Assembly (NCBI GenBank): GCA_002269645.1
Contig: NIVC01000169.1
Span: 62,001 to 126,000, forward strand
Reading direction: 5' to 3'
DNA from: Macrostomum lignano
Lineage: Eukaryota
Length of the DNA: 64,000 nt
This document shows, one piece after another, positions 31,301-57,409 of the stretch (its first letter is position 1; each line of letters starts with the position of its first letter). The position numbers and the translations under genes were made by a program. The notes under the pieces were generated by a model, which worked only from the letters and a program-made list of their open reading frames with translations, was not told the DNA's origin and ran no database searches.

Positions 31301-32858
31301 GATAACCGATGCTTCAATGATCACAACTGGGTCATAGATAACCGATGCTTCAATGACCACAACTAGGTCATTTAATAACCGATGCTACCATGACCACATC
31401 TGGGTCATTTGATAACCGATACTACCATGACCACAACTGGATAATTTATTAACCGATGCTACCATGACCACAACTGGGTCATAGATAACCGATGCTACCA
31501 TGACCACAACTGGGTCATAAATAACCGATGCTACCATGACCACAACTGGGTCATAAATAACCGATGCTACCATGACCACAACTGGGTCATAAATAACCGA
31601 TGCTACCATGACCACAACTGGGTCATAGATAACCGATGCTACCATGACCACAACTGGGTCATAAATAACCGATGCTACCATGACCACAACTGGGTCATAA
31701 ATAACCGATGCTACCATGACCACAACTGGGTCATAGATAACAGATGCTACCATGACCACAACTGGGTCATAGATAACCGATGCTACCATGACCACAACTG
31801 GGTCATAGATAACCGATGCTACCATGACCACAACTGGGTCATTTAATAACCGATGCTACCATGACCACAACTGGGTCATAGATAACCGATGCTTCAATGA
31901 CCACAACTGGGTCATAGATACCGATGCTTCAATGATCACAACTGGGTCATAGATAACCGATGCTACCATGACCACAACTGGGTCATAGATAACCGATGCT
32001 ACCATGACCACAACTGGGTCATAGATAACCGATGCTACCATGACCACAACTGGGTCATAGATAACCGATGCTACCATGACCACAACTGGGTCATAGATAA
32101 CCGATGCTACCATGACCACAACTGGGTCATAGATAACCGATGCTACCATGACCACAACTGGGTCATAGATACCGATGCTTCAATGACCACAACTGGGTCA
32201 TAGATACCGATGCTACCATGACCACAACTGGGTCATAGATAACCGATGCTACCATGACCACAACTGGGTCATAGATAACCGATGCTACCATGACCACAAC
32301 TGGGTCATAGATAACCGATGCTACCATGACCACAACTGGGTCATAGATAACCGATGCTACCATGACCACAACTGGGTCATAGATAACCGATGCTACCATG
32401 ACCACAACTGGGTCATAGATACCCGATGCTTCAATGACCACAACTGGGTCATAGATAACCGATGCTTCAATGATCACAACTGGGTCATAGATAACCGATG
32501 CTACCATGACCACAACTGGGTCATAGATAACCGATGCTACCATGACCACAACTGGGTCATAGATAACCGATGCTTCAATGATCACAACTGGGTCATAGAT
32601 AACCGATGCTACCATGACCACAACTGGGTCATAGATAACCGATGCTTCAATGACCACAACTGGGTCATAGATAACCGATGCTTCAATGACCACAACTGGG
32701 TCATAGATACCCGATGCTACCATGACCACAACTGGGTCATAGATAACCGATGCTACCATGACCACAACTGGGTCATAGATAACCGATGCTACCATGACCA
32801 CAACTGGGTCATAGATACCCGATGCTTCAATGACCACAACTGGGTCATAGATAACCGA
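28336..32858. repeat. Satellite, 36-nt unit, about 125 copies (4.5 kb)
   Basis: Unit ACAACTGGGTCATAGATAACCGATGCT(ACC/TCA)ATGACC; source of the VVVMVASVIYDP pseudo-ORFs. Confidence 0.98.
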
Positions 32859-33352
32859 AGCTGATTTTAAAGGATTAATTTATCGAAGTTGCCTAGGAAG
32901 CCTACATTATAAGTTAATCTTGTAGCTCAAGTATTTATGTGTAGTACATTTTTTTCTATTGAGAATTTCTCTCATGTAAGATACTTGATGCTACGTACAA
33001 CAGGTGCTGAAACTGCATTAAAAGTGCATCAGTAATTTTGCTGTGTGGAATTCGTTTTAAATGGATTGATCGATAGGCAATAATTAATACCCAAAATGAG
33101 GCAATATTCCATTTGATTCTTCCACTAAATTGCAACCTTAATCGATGCTTATTAGAAATGTATGCGCCCGACTAATGCATCCCCATCGCGTTGCAACAAA
33201 CAGTAATCGATGTATAGCAGCAGCAGCAATATGGCTGAGCACGTTTTCTTTATTTCATCGGATTGCACGGATGTTACAATAGTTAATGTGGGAATATTGG
33301 TACATTAGTAGAATTGTCCCCATTTCTAGTTTGTTCTCGCTTGCTTATTAGC

Positions 33353-34325
33353 TTAAAACACTGAGTTGCAGCGCAGCTTGCAGTGCTGGAAGCTGATCTC
33401 CTTCCGTTTGTAGCAATCCAGCAGGCACTTGCCGAACGAGTCTCGCTTCTCTGTTGGCAGGCTCTCCTCCCACGGTAGCCTGTTGGCGCCTGTGATTTTG
33501 GCATGTCCAGAAAAATCATACATCGTACATTAGTGTGCTGACTTTCCTACCCTTCAATGTAACATATTTGTGCTGACTTTCCTAGCCTTCTATGTACATC
33601 TGCGTGTTGACTTTCCTACCCTTCAATGTACATATTTGTGCTGACTTTCCTACCCTTCAATGTACATATTTGTGCTGACTTTCCTACCCTTCAATGTACA
33701 TATTTGTGCTGACTTTCCTACCCTTCAATGTACATATTTGTGCTGACTTTCCCACCCTTCAATGTACATATTTGTGCTGACTTTCCCACCCTTCAATATA
33801 CATATTTGTGCTGACTTTCCTACCCTTCAATGTACATATTTGTGCTGACTTTCCTACCCTTCAATGTACATATTTGTGCTGACTTTCCTACCCTTCTATG
33901 TACATCTGTGTGCTGACTTCTCACCCTCCAATGTACAACTGCGTGTTTATTGATTTCCTACCCATCAATGAACATCGGAACTGTTTTTTCTATCCTTCAA
34001 TGTACATCTGAAGATCACCCACTACGCGCCTCAGTCGTTTCTGCCCTTAATTAGTATTTGCAATAAAACAAAATTAATTCGGCATTCTACCATTTTCGGA
34101 CTCGAAGTCAATCGACGGTGTCTGGAATGATTTTATTTGGAATTGTTTGAAAGTTTTGTTAGATAGGACTCTTGAAAATGCTCGGGGGAGTTGAAAAAAT
34201 TAATTATTAAATACCATAATTACCTCGCACTGGACCACAGGCTGCAGAGCGAGAGCGCAGACGGCTACCAGCAGCAGCAGGGACAGCGACAGAGGCGGGC
34301 GACGGCTTGAAATTTCGACTGACAT
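33353..34325 (-). CDS. Small secreted prepropeptide (89 aa) with C-terminal 4-Cys peptide; absent from ORF track
   Basis: Exons 34325-34224 (34 codons, phase 0, GAG|GTAATT), 34121-34091 (31 nt, cattccag|..G|GTAGAA, phase 0 to 1) and 33489-33353 (atcacag|, phase 1, TAA). Product MSVEISSRRPPLSLSLLLLVAVCALALQPVVQC-ETPSIDFESENGANRLPWEESLPTEKR-DSFGKCLLDCYKRKEISFQHCKLRCNSVF*. Start context tcaaaATG, two TATAAA at 34372-34367 and 34383-34378, AATAAA at 33254-33249. Confidence 0.8.
33534..34010. repeat. Tandem minisatellite, 34-nt unit, inside intron 2 of the peptide gene
   Basis: Unit TGCTGACTTTCCTACCCTTCAATGTACATATTTG. Confidence 0.93.
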
Positions 34326-34441
34326 TTTGACTGAACTGGAAAAGTTTTGGAAGTTTTGTACAAGCGTTTATATCCGATTTATAATCATAGCCCGCTTTTT
34401 GGCTAAACTTTGGGGTTTTTAAATAATAATAAATAATTGAT

Positions 34442-34720
34442 TACACCTGCCCTAATGGCCAGATGTGCAACCGACAGCTCAGCCGCAGCTATTGCGCGGC
34501 GCATCTGAAGGCTGCGTACGGCTGTTCAGTCCAAGGACTGGGGGTCGCCACACCTAACCTCAGTTATCCCAGCTGGCACCCATTTTACAGCTGGGTGAAC
34601 TGAAGCAAGGCAGACTTAAGTGTCTTGCTCAAGGACACGAATTGTTCTAGTGGGATCGGTAATCGAACCCCTGACCCTTCAGTCATGAATCCGACGCTCT
34701 AACCACTAGGCTGGAACCCC
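34442..34720 (-). mobile_element. tRNA-derived SINE, full-length copy (about 280 bp)
   Basis: Near-identical inverted copy of 35724-36010: tRNA-like head, central GTCCTTGAGCAAGACACTTAA..CAGTTCACCCAGCTGTAAAATGGGT block reminiscent of conserved metazoan SINE cores, and a shared tail. Confidence 0.75.
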
Positions 34721-35723
34721 TACAAACCTTGGTTTATGCTAGCTACAATTAAATAATTAATTCCACTGCTGATTTACCTTCGGTTGCAAAATTTCTATTA
34801 AAATAGGTTTCGATTAAATGCAACAAAAAACTTCCGAAAAGATACCAGAGTCCAATCCCCGGTAAAATCATTCAGAATTTATAACTACCGGCGAACACCT
34901 ATCGAAATGTCTGCATGCACAGACACTTTCTTGCTGGCAACCAATGGGGGCTGGCGCGTCACGTCAGACCTGCATGATATGCTGCAGCGGGAAGCTGCGG
35001 TCCACTCCATCCCCAACTCCATCCGCCCCTGAAATGCTCCGACAGTCTGCTTGTCGGCTGGTGCTGACAATGTATTATTTAATTTGAATTTTAATAAAAT
35101 TATAACAAACACTACGTATTTTATGCCGGAGTTGCTGCTGCTTAGACAGACCGATTTGTCAATCGTGCTCTGAAAGCAATCAAAATAAAATGCTTTTGCA
35201 GACGTTTTGCGCTTCTGATTTCTGACTTATTTTATTAATGCATGCGCTGCACAGATATCCAACCGCGATTGCCAATCACGTGACAACTGCTCGGCTCGGT
35301 CTCTCGATTTTAAAAACGCCCACCAGCCCTCTCTGGTTCATCCACTTCAGCAGGAACTGCCTCGCAATTTCGCAATTTCAAATACGAAATTCTCGGCTGG
35401 AATATCCTTAGATGGCATGCAGGCTGGCGACATTCCCAGCAACACTCGGCAGCTCAGTGCGATATTGAATTCGTGCTCAGCTTGAGTGGCCCTTCTCAAA
35501 CCTGCATGGCTTGATGGGTTTTGGTCATTCCAGCTTATCCATCAGCTACCTGATCTGCTCAGCTCAATTCTCCTAATGGCAACTCAGAGCGCCATTGACA
35601 GGGAAACTATTTTTTTGGTCAGCGCTAGCTGTTGCTGGAGCTAGTCTAAATTGATGGAGAGAAGTGTTTTCGCCATAGCATATGCATTTAGCAGCTTTTG
35701 ATTTTCGAATTGAATTATAATAG

Positions 35724-36010
35724 GGAGTTGTAGTCTTGGGGTTAGAGCATCGGACTCACGACTGAAAGGTCGGGGGTTCGCTCCCGATCCCACTGGAACA
35801 ATTTGCGTCCTTGAGCAAGACACTTAACTCTGCATTGCTTCAGTTCACCCAGCTGTAAAATGGGTGCCAGCATTAGCTGGGGTAATTGAGGGTGTGTGTG
35901 GCAACCCCCCAGTCCTTGGACTGAACAGCCGTACGCAGCCTTCAGATGCGCCGCACAATAGCTGCGGCTGAGCTGTCGGTTGCACATCTGCCTATTAGAG
36001 CAGGTGTACA
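35724..36010 (+). mobile_element. tRNA-derived SINE, full-length copy (about 285 bp)
   Basis: Head GGTTAGAGCATCGGACTCACGACTGAAAGGTCGGGGGTTCGCTCCC with Pol III A/B-box-like motifs, followed by the core and tail shared with 34442-34720. Confidence 0.75.
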
Positions 36011-36631
36011 TAGTCAACTATATTATGGAGAACTCTTGCTCACATGAGTTATTGCTCATACGATCTTCCAACTTGATTTTCTTCTGTAAGACACTTGAGT
36101 AAGACTGCATACGAAATCATCATTTGTCTAGGACCAAATCGCTTCCCGTTTCAGCGTTTCAGTAGGCTTAATGTGTCCAAAAATCTTTTTATTGCGAACT
36201 AAATACAGAATGGGGTCGAAAACAAGATACGGTCTACCAGAATACGAATACCGTTAGCATTGGCTGAGATAGCATGGCTCTTTCTGTCTATGGCTAAACC
36301 TTAGAATCTTCGTGTCTTGAAAAAGCTAACTATCAAATTGTGGCTAAGATTAGATGTCCCTAATCTGAGATAGCATGAATGAAATGGGGGAGTTAAGCTA
36401 TTGATCGATACATTCATTATCTATGGCCCAAGAGGGGGTCTTTTAAGTGGTCACGTCAATTAGAGAACTCGGGCGCGCGCAATTTATCCTTTCCACCAGG
36501 GGCGCCGCCATGGATTTTATGGTGGGGGGGGGGGGTGACAAAGCCAAGAATTCAGCATGTACATGACTAAATTCCTACATGTCCATTATTTTGAGAATCG
36601 GTGTTGTCAGCGCTCATTTTTTGCACCACAG

Positions 36632-37180
36632 GCACTCATTTTGGCGCCGCAGACACTCATTTTAGCGCCCCAGACACTCATTTTAGCGCCTCAGACACTC
36701 ATTTTAGCGCCCCAGACACTCATTTTAGCGCCGCAGACACTCATTTTAGCGCCCCAGACACTCATTTTAGCGCCCCAGACACTCATTTTAGCGCCTCAGA
36801 CACTCATTTTAGCGCCCCAGACACTCATTTTAGCGCCGCAGACACTCATTTTAGCGCCCCAGACACTCATTTTAGCGCCGCAGACACTCATTTTAGCACC
36901 GCAGACACTCATTTTAGCGCTGCAGGCACTCATTTTAGCACCGCAGACACTCATTTTAGCGCCCCAGACACTCATTTTAGCACCGCAGACACTCATTTTA
37001 GCACCGCAGACACTCATTTTAACGCCGCAGGCACTCATTTTAGCACCGCAGACACTCATTTTAGCGCCCCAGACACTCATTTTAGCGCCTCAGACACTCA
37101 TTTTAGCACCGCAGACACTCATTTTAGCGCTGCAGGCACTCATTTTAGCACCGCAGACACTCATTTTAGCGCCGCAGGCA
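36632..37180. repeat. Tandem minisatellite, 21-nt unit, about 26 copies
   Basis: Unit (G/C)CAGACACTCATTTTAGCGCC. Confidence 0.95.
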
Positions 37181-37669
37181 CTTATAAGCTCATAAGCTCA
37201 ATTGGCTTATAAAATGCTATATTTACAGTATATAAATATATAATATACCAGTTGAGCTGACTATCAACGCCTTTATACTGTACTGTTGTAAGTTAGCATA
37301 GCGCCAAGTGAAGCTTTACCACAGGCGGGCGTGGTTGTCCCTGAACCGAGTAAGCTTGGTATTTCGGCCATCGACATTTCGGGTCTTCTGGCCATAGACA
37401 TTCTCGACTCTGGTCTTTTGTTCATAGACAGGTAAGGTAGAGACTTATTTGCATTTTTATACTTGTTTATAAATGGTAAATGCAAAGTCGGCTTTCTGCA
37501 GCAGTTAAACAAACTTCCATCCAAAGACCATCTGAAAACACTTTATTTTCGCCAAAATTGCAAGCATCAGTTTATTTGTATTTCATCCTACTTTCAGTAG
37601 GCAGTGTGACTAATATGTTTCCGGATATAATATAATATACAGATATACGCTGTTAGAGTTTTTTTTCTG

Positions 37670-38495
37670 TCACACCTGTGCCATGTCTATCACACCTCTG
37701 CTGTGTCTGAGTCTACCTGTGTTATATCTTTGTCTCATCTGTACTATGTCTCTGCCTTACATGTGCCCTCACTGTCTGTGTCACACTTGTGCCCTCTCTG
37801 TCTCACCTGTGCGATGTCTCTGTCACACCTGTGTGATGATTCTGTCACCTGTTCTTTGTCTGTCACACCTCTGTTGTCTTTGTCACACCTTTGATGTGTC
37901 TCTGTCTCACCTGCACTGTCTCTGCCACACCTGTGCTACATGTACATGTATGTCACTGTCACACCTGTGCCATGTCTCTGCCTCCCCTTTACTGTCTCTA
38001 CCTCACCTGTACTGTCTCTACCACACCTGTACTGTCTCTGCCACACCTGTACTGTCTCTGCCACACCTGTGCTATGTCTCTGCCTCACCTGTACTGTCTC
38101 TACCACACCTGTACTGTCTCTGCCACACCTGTACTGTCTCTGCCACACCTGTACTGTCTCTGCCACACCTGTGCTATGTCTCTGCCTCACCTGTACTGTC
38201 TCTACCACACCTGTACTGTCTCTGCCACACCTGTACTGTCTCTGCCACACCTGTACTGTCTCTGCCACACCTGTACTGTCTCTGCCACACCTGTGCTATG
38301 TCTCTGCCTCACCTGTGCTATGTCTCTGCCTCACCTGTACTGTCTCTACCACACCTGTACTGTCTCTGCCACACCTGTACTGTCTCTGCCACACCTGTAC
38401 TGTCTCTGCCACACCTGTGCTATGTCTCTGCCTCACCTGTGCTATGTCTCTGCCTCACCTGTGCTATGTCTCTGCCTCACCTGTGCTATGTCTGT
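37670..38495. repeat. Tandem repeat, about 20-nt unit (CACACCTGTACTGTCTCTGC), degenerate at left
   Basis: Direct reading. Confidence 0.9.
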
Positions 38496-38770
38496 CCCAT
38501 CTGAGAAAAAAAAGTAATCAGCACAGCGCACCTATACGGAACTTAAGTTCGACAGAGCTGTCACAAATTGCAAATTTTCAACCCTGTACCACAAGTGACA
38601 TTCCCGCACACGACGCGGCTTCAGCGGAATGCCATTAATGTTTGCTTAGACGATTAACTGGTGCGCTGAATTCTACATACTGTTTGCCAAGCAGCTCAGG
38701 CCGACTCAATACGTGACGAAGCGTGCGTTAAACTATTAGAGGTTACTTTCTCTATAGAGAAGAGACATGG

Positions 38771-40469
38771 TTAGTAAAGAGGTGCCCCTCTCGCCCCGTT
38801 TTGAGAATGTCTGCTCGTTGCGCTGCTTGAGTTGCCACTCTGATGAGTCTTCAAATAAGCCCGGGACTGTCTGGCGTACTGAACAAACTCTTTAAACCAG
38901 TGCTCGCAGGCTGTCAAATGCGCTGCTCTGCTGCACACTGAAAGTGCAGAATTTGTTCTACTGAGTCAGACCAGGCTCAGCTCTTCCCCCTCCACCCTTT
39001 CAACTTCATCTGCCAACGAACGCACTGTCGGCTGAAAGCTAAAGAATAAGAAAATATAATAAGAAAATTTAAGAAATTAATTTTCTCAGGCAAACAAAGG
39101 AGGCACCGTGTGAATTGGACACAAATTCGAGACTGCACTGTGTCAACAGCCTGTAGCGACTTTCATAGGCCGTGCAGTTGTACTGCTGTTTCTGCTGCTG
39201 CTGCTTCAGCCTTGCTGCGAAATTTCTACTTCTCTGTCACTTTCTCCATAGCTTTCTGTGCGCATGTTGCTGTTGGATGTAGCAAATAAGCCAATGCTCA
39301 GCAGGGTGTTCAGTAATAATAGCCATGACAAGAAATTACAAGCTATTTCACTAACTGGAAATTCCAACGCTTAGAAAGCTGCTCGGATCTTTCCTCAAAA
39401 TGTTTCTTAGATTTTTTATTTTTCAAGTTTGTGAAGCAGACTAAAAACTGGCGAGTCTTGGATAGCCACACGGAAGAACCGTAGACTCTGGAGTCTTAAT
39501 GTGGCAAATTTCTTAGTCATCTTATCCAGTTCATCTGCACTCGTCTCTGTTTTCTCTCCATGTCTGTTCAGTTCAATCTTGTTGTTTTTATCTCTCTCTC
39601 TCGCTGCTTTCTGATTGGCTCTTCAATCTCGCCTCTTTCCCCAGCCGCACACTCTACCCCTCCTTTTCTATCTGCACTCACAGTCAAATCCTCCTTTTCT
39701 TCTCTGCCCTCAACAGTCAACCCTCCTTTTCTTATCTGCACTCACAGTCAACCCTCCTTTTCTTATCTGCACTCAACAATCAACCCCTCCTTTTCTTATC
39801 TGCACTTAACACTACCCCTCCTTGTCTTATCTGCACTTAACACTCTACCCCTCCTTTTCTAATCTGCACACACCAGTCAACCCCTCCTTTTTCTTATCTG
39901 TACTCAACCCCCTCTAATTTAATGTGCTATATGCATTCCTATTTGTTTGGGCCCTGCGCCCCACTTACTGTTTTTAATTCCAATTAATCTATACTAATTT
40001 AAGTATACCAAATAATTGAATAGTATCTGATTTTTCTCCACAATTAGAGTAGAGAATGGTTTTCTCCCTACATCCGCCCCATTTTTTGTGCGGCAGGGGA
40101 ACAAAAGTTGCAAAAATTGACATATTTGCTAATGCTAACCTTCAAGGTCAAGGTCCACATTCCTAAGCTCAGTGTGCCGGTGTGCCTGCCACAGAGGATT
40201 ATACATGTGGTGCCTGCTGTGTTTGCCACAAACCAGTCTGAGCCAGAGAAGACACTTTCCAATGCGGCGGCGTAAGCAGTAATACAGGCAGCGTACTGGG
40301 TGTGAGCAAAATGCAAGAGAATTGCTGCAAAATCCTCCTCTTTGCGTCCCGGTGGCACCGCAGAGAGTTGCTATTGACAGCTAATCAGGGAAAGACAGCC
40401 GAGAATGGGTGGAGAGACTCTAAGACGATTGGCCCCTAGCAGCAGAGCTGACTCACTTGGCCGCCTCAT
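38771..40469 (-). CDS. Candidate orphan spliced gene (Cys/basic-rich, about 170 aa), uncertain
   Basis: Segments 40370/40380-40140, 39214-39107 and 38937-38771 have AG acceptors with pyrimidine tracts and GT donors. They join in consistent phase 1 into one open frame (..VDLDLEARLKQQQQKQQYNCTAYESRYRLLTQCSLEFVSNSHVCSRAAHLTACEHWFKEFVQYARQSRAYLK..PLY*). Possible first exon ATG 40469-40457 with strong donor CAA|GTGAGT. No homology recognised; the 39107 donor (GTGCCT) is weak. Confidence 0.35.
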
Positions 40470-41587
40470 CAATCCAGCATCACTCAGCCCTAGCCCCCCG
40501 CCAACCCTCCGACTTCCCCACCGCCCCCCCCTCACAGCCCGTCCCGTGCATTCTTCATCAGCAGCTCGCTTAAATTCTGCAGCATGCCGCCATGAGAACA
40601 GGAATGGGGAGTTGAGCTACTGCTCAACAGGATGAAGCCAGGAGAGTGGCGGGCTGTGGGAATGGCGATAGGAGGATGGGGAGGGAGTTGGCCTAAGCCG
40701 ATACAAGCTCCCGTACGGGTGCGCTTTGAGGCCTTTCTATTAAGGAGTAGACAGACAGGTGAAAAAAGCATCTTGCGGAACAACAGCCTGGAGTGTAGTA
40801 GATTGAAATTTCTGTGGTTAGTCTTCGTCACTTGAGCACAGGCCAACAACAGCACACTGCACTGCACTGACACAAAACTCGTCTCGTCAAAGGCTTAGAC
40901 AAGAAGTTAAAGCGAACAACTCGGGAGGTCTGCATGGCATTGCAAAATTTCATAGGCGTGTAGCGGACTCAGAAACTGTGCGACTGCACGCACTGAGAGA
41001 CGGAGAGAAAGAGATAAAGACAGAGTGAGAGAAGATATCAGAGCTCTAAGAAAGAGCAAGTCAAGTCCCCGGTGCGGCACCCAGCCCTAATAAGGCTGTC
41101 TTGAATGACTACAGTCACAACGAAAAGCTGAGAGCGCGACAGAGAAATAACCGTGAGATAGCGAGAAGCGAGGCAAGGAAAAAAGGAAAGGACAAAAGAA
41201 GAGAAGATTAAATTAGCTTGGTTTCACGTGCAGCCTGCAGTACCGCTGCCACTCGTACACCAGAAGAGCACTGCAGTCCAGCCGGCCCAATCAGAGACGT
41301 CAGAGGGCGGTACCGCGGCAGACCACCCGGCCTTCAACCCCTCCCTGGGCTGTGCTTGAGTCAGCGTGTAAACTGTCAGCACAGAGCCAGTGGGCGGCAG
41401 GGCAGCGTGTGCAAACAAGAGGCTTCGGCTCTCTCCCTGTCTTTTTTAAGCGCTTTTTTCCAGTCGGTTAGCTATTTACTCTGCGAACTGAGTCGCTTCT
41501 CGGCGGCCATCTTCGACTGTCAGTGGTCTGAGAGGATCTGACATCTGCTAAGCCAAAGCTCGCCAGGGTTTTAGCAGTGCAAGCAAT

Positions 41588-55466
<13,879 letters not shown>

Positions 55467-55844
55467 CGCAGTCGGCTCGGCGTTAAATTATCGAGCGGGA
55501 ATCCGGCTGGATACTCAACGCTGCTTCAACTTTTTCATTGTTTCGGTTTTTTCAATCGCATATGAAAATATTTCAAGCTTCGTAGCTTGCTACTCTGGGC
55601 AGTAGCTAATTGCGCTCAATCTTATTTTTGGAAGCTTCAGAAAATGCAAAACGTTGGTTAGAATGGCAAAATCTGAAAAATTAGTTTTAGAAAGCCTTGG
55701 AGTTACCACCTTTATTTTTTGTGAAAGTTTATTTTCTTTTTAAACCTTACCTGTAGAGCAGCTTTTATTAACATTTAATTTTAGCATTATGTTCAAAATG
55801 ATAAAAAGGCTACAATAGTAGCGGATTTCCCCATTTCCTTATCT

Positions 55845-56030
55845 CATCCCGATTGGCTGAGACATTGAAGGCTAAAAACAGCGAATTCCCCCGCCTCCTT
55901 CACTCATTACGATTGGCTGAGACACTGAAGGCTAAAAATAGCGCATTCTCCCAGCTCCTTCACTCATTCCGATTGGCTGAGACATTGCAGGCTAAAAATA
56001 GCGGATTCCCCCGGCTCCTTCACTCATTAC
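55845..56030. repeat. Three copies of an about 63-nt unit containing GATTGGCTGAGAC
   Basis: CGATTGGCTGAGAC..GGCTAAAAA..GC..ATTC..CTCCTTCACTCATT repeated three times. Confidence 0.8.
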
Positions 56031-56589
56031 TTTTGTTTTATCGTCCCGGACTCGAAGTACTGAACTGCTCTATAATATTCGATAGCATCAAAGCTTTTAT
56101 GCTTTGCTTTTTCATCCGTGCTCGGCTGTCTATATAACCATTTAATACATACAATTGCTATTAATAAATATATATTTATGTTTGCGTTGTGCTAAATTAG
56201 ATTAAATAAATATATATATTATTAATATTATGAGCATAATTAAATTGCTTTCCCAGAGTCTGCATGAACAGGTGCAGAGTCGTAAGTTTTAAATACCTTT
56301 CTGACTGAAACTTTATATCTAATATCTTTGTCTTGGCAAGACTCTGGGATCACCATCACTTTAATATGATAATCCCATTCAAAGAATTCCAAGCAGTTAA
56401 TACTTACAAAGTAAATAATAATAAACCTTTTACCGGTCAAAGGCAAATAAAGATACTCGGAGACCCATCGAGACATTCAGAGGCAGCCCAGTAAACGGCA
56501 ATAAGACACCTACAGATACCCGAAGAAACCCATAGACAATCAGAAACACCCAGAGACACACTCGAAGACACCCAGAGACTTGTAGAAAT

Positions 56590-56952
56590 CCAGGCTGTTC
56601 CCATCCGGAGACACTCGAAACATCCGGAGACACTCGAAACACCCGGAGACACTTGAAACACCTGGAGACACTTGAAACACCCGGAGACACTCGAAACACC
56701 TGGAGACACTCGAAACACCCGGAGACACTTGAAACACCCGGAGACACTTGAAACACCCGGAGACAATCGAAACACCCGGAGACACTCGAAACACCCGGAG
56801 ACACTTGAAACACCCGGAGACACTTGAAACACCCGGAGACAATCGAAACACCCGGAGACACTCGAAACACCCGGAGACACTTGAAACACCCGGAGACACT
56901 TGAAACACCCGGAGACACTCGAAACACCCGGAGACACTCGAAACAGCCGGAG
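56590..56952. repeat. Tandem repeat, about 19-nt unit (GAAACACCCGGAGACACTY)
   Basis: Direct reading. Confidence 0.92.
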
Positions 56953-57409
56953 AATTCGACATGTATGATCGAGTATATTTACAAAACACGAATTATCATA
57001 GATTATATTGAATTCGTTTAACATTTAATGTACAAAATAGCCTCGAAGCAGACGAACAGAGCAGACTTTACAGGTGATGCTCCCCGCCATCGACAAACAG
57101 CAGCGGACCATGACGCCATTGGTGACGATGGCGAAGAGTCACAATTGAGCAATTTAGCAGGCTTTTTGAGCAGGCATTGCTGGTACAGTTTCGCGTAGCT
57201 AAAATGTACAAGCAAGAATTTAGCACCAATTTAGGTGCGTCGTCAAAGAAGAAAAAATACAGAAAATTACGCATCACATTGAATGAAAGTAAGATTAAAA
57301 TAACACAACTGATATTTCGTCTTTAAGCTAATCAGTGGGTGGTACAATCTAGCTTTTTATAGCAGCTGCGATGCTCTCGATGCACTGGAGGTACTCTGCG
57401 ATGCTCTCG

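Noticed and set aside
28334-32837. Long ORFs of VVVMVASVIYDP repeats (up to 375 aa)
   Set aside because: Translation of a 36-nt satellite whose unit is a multiple of 3; frames break at unit indels and there is no unique coding flank.
38838-38875. CTGATGAGTC.. hammerhead ribozyme core
   Set aside because: No GAAA follows a closable stem II and I found no matching stems I/III.
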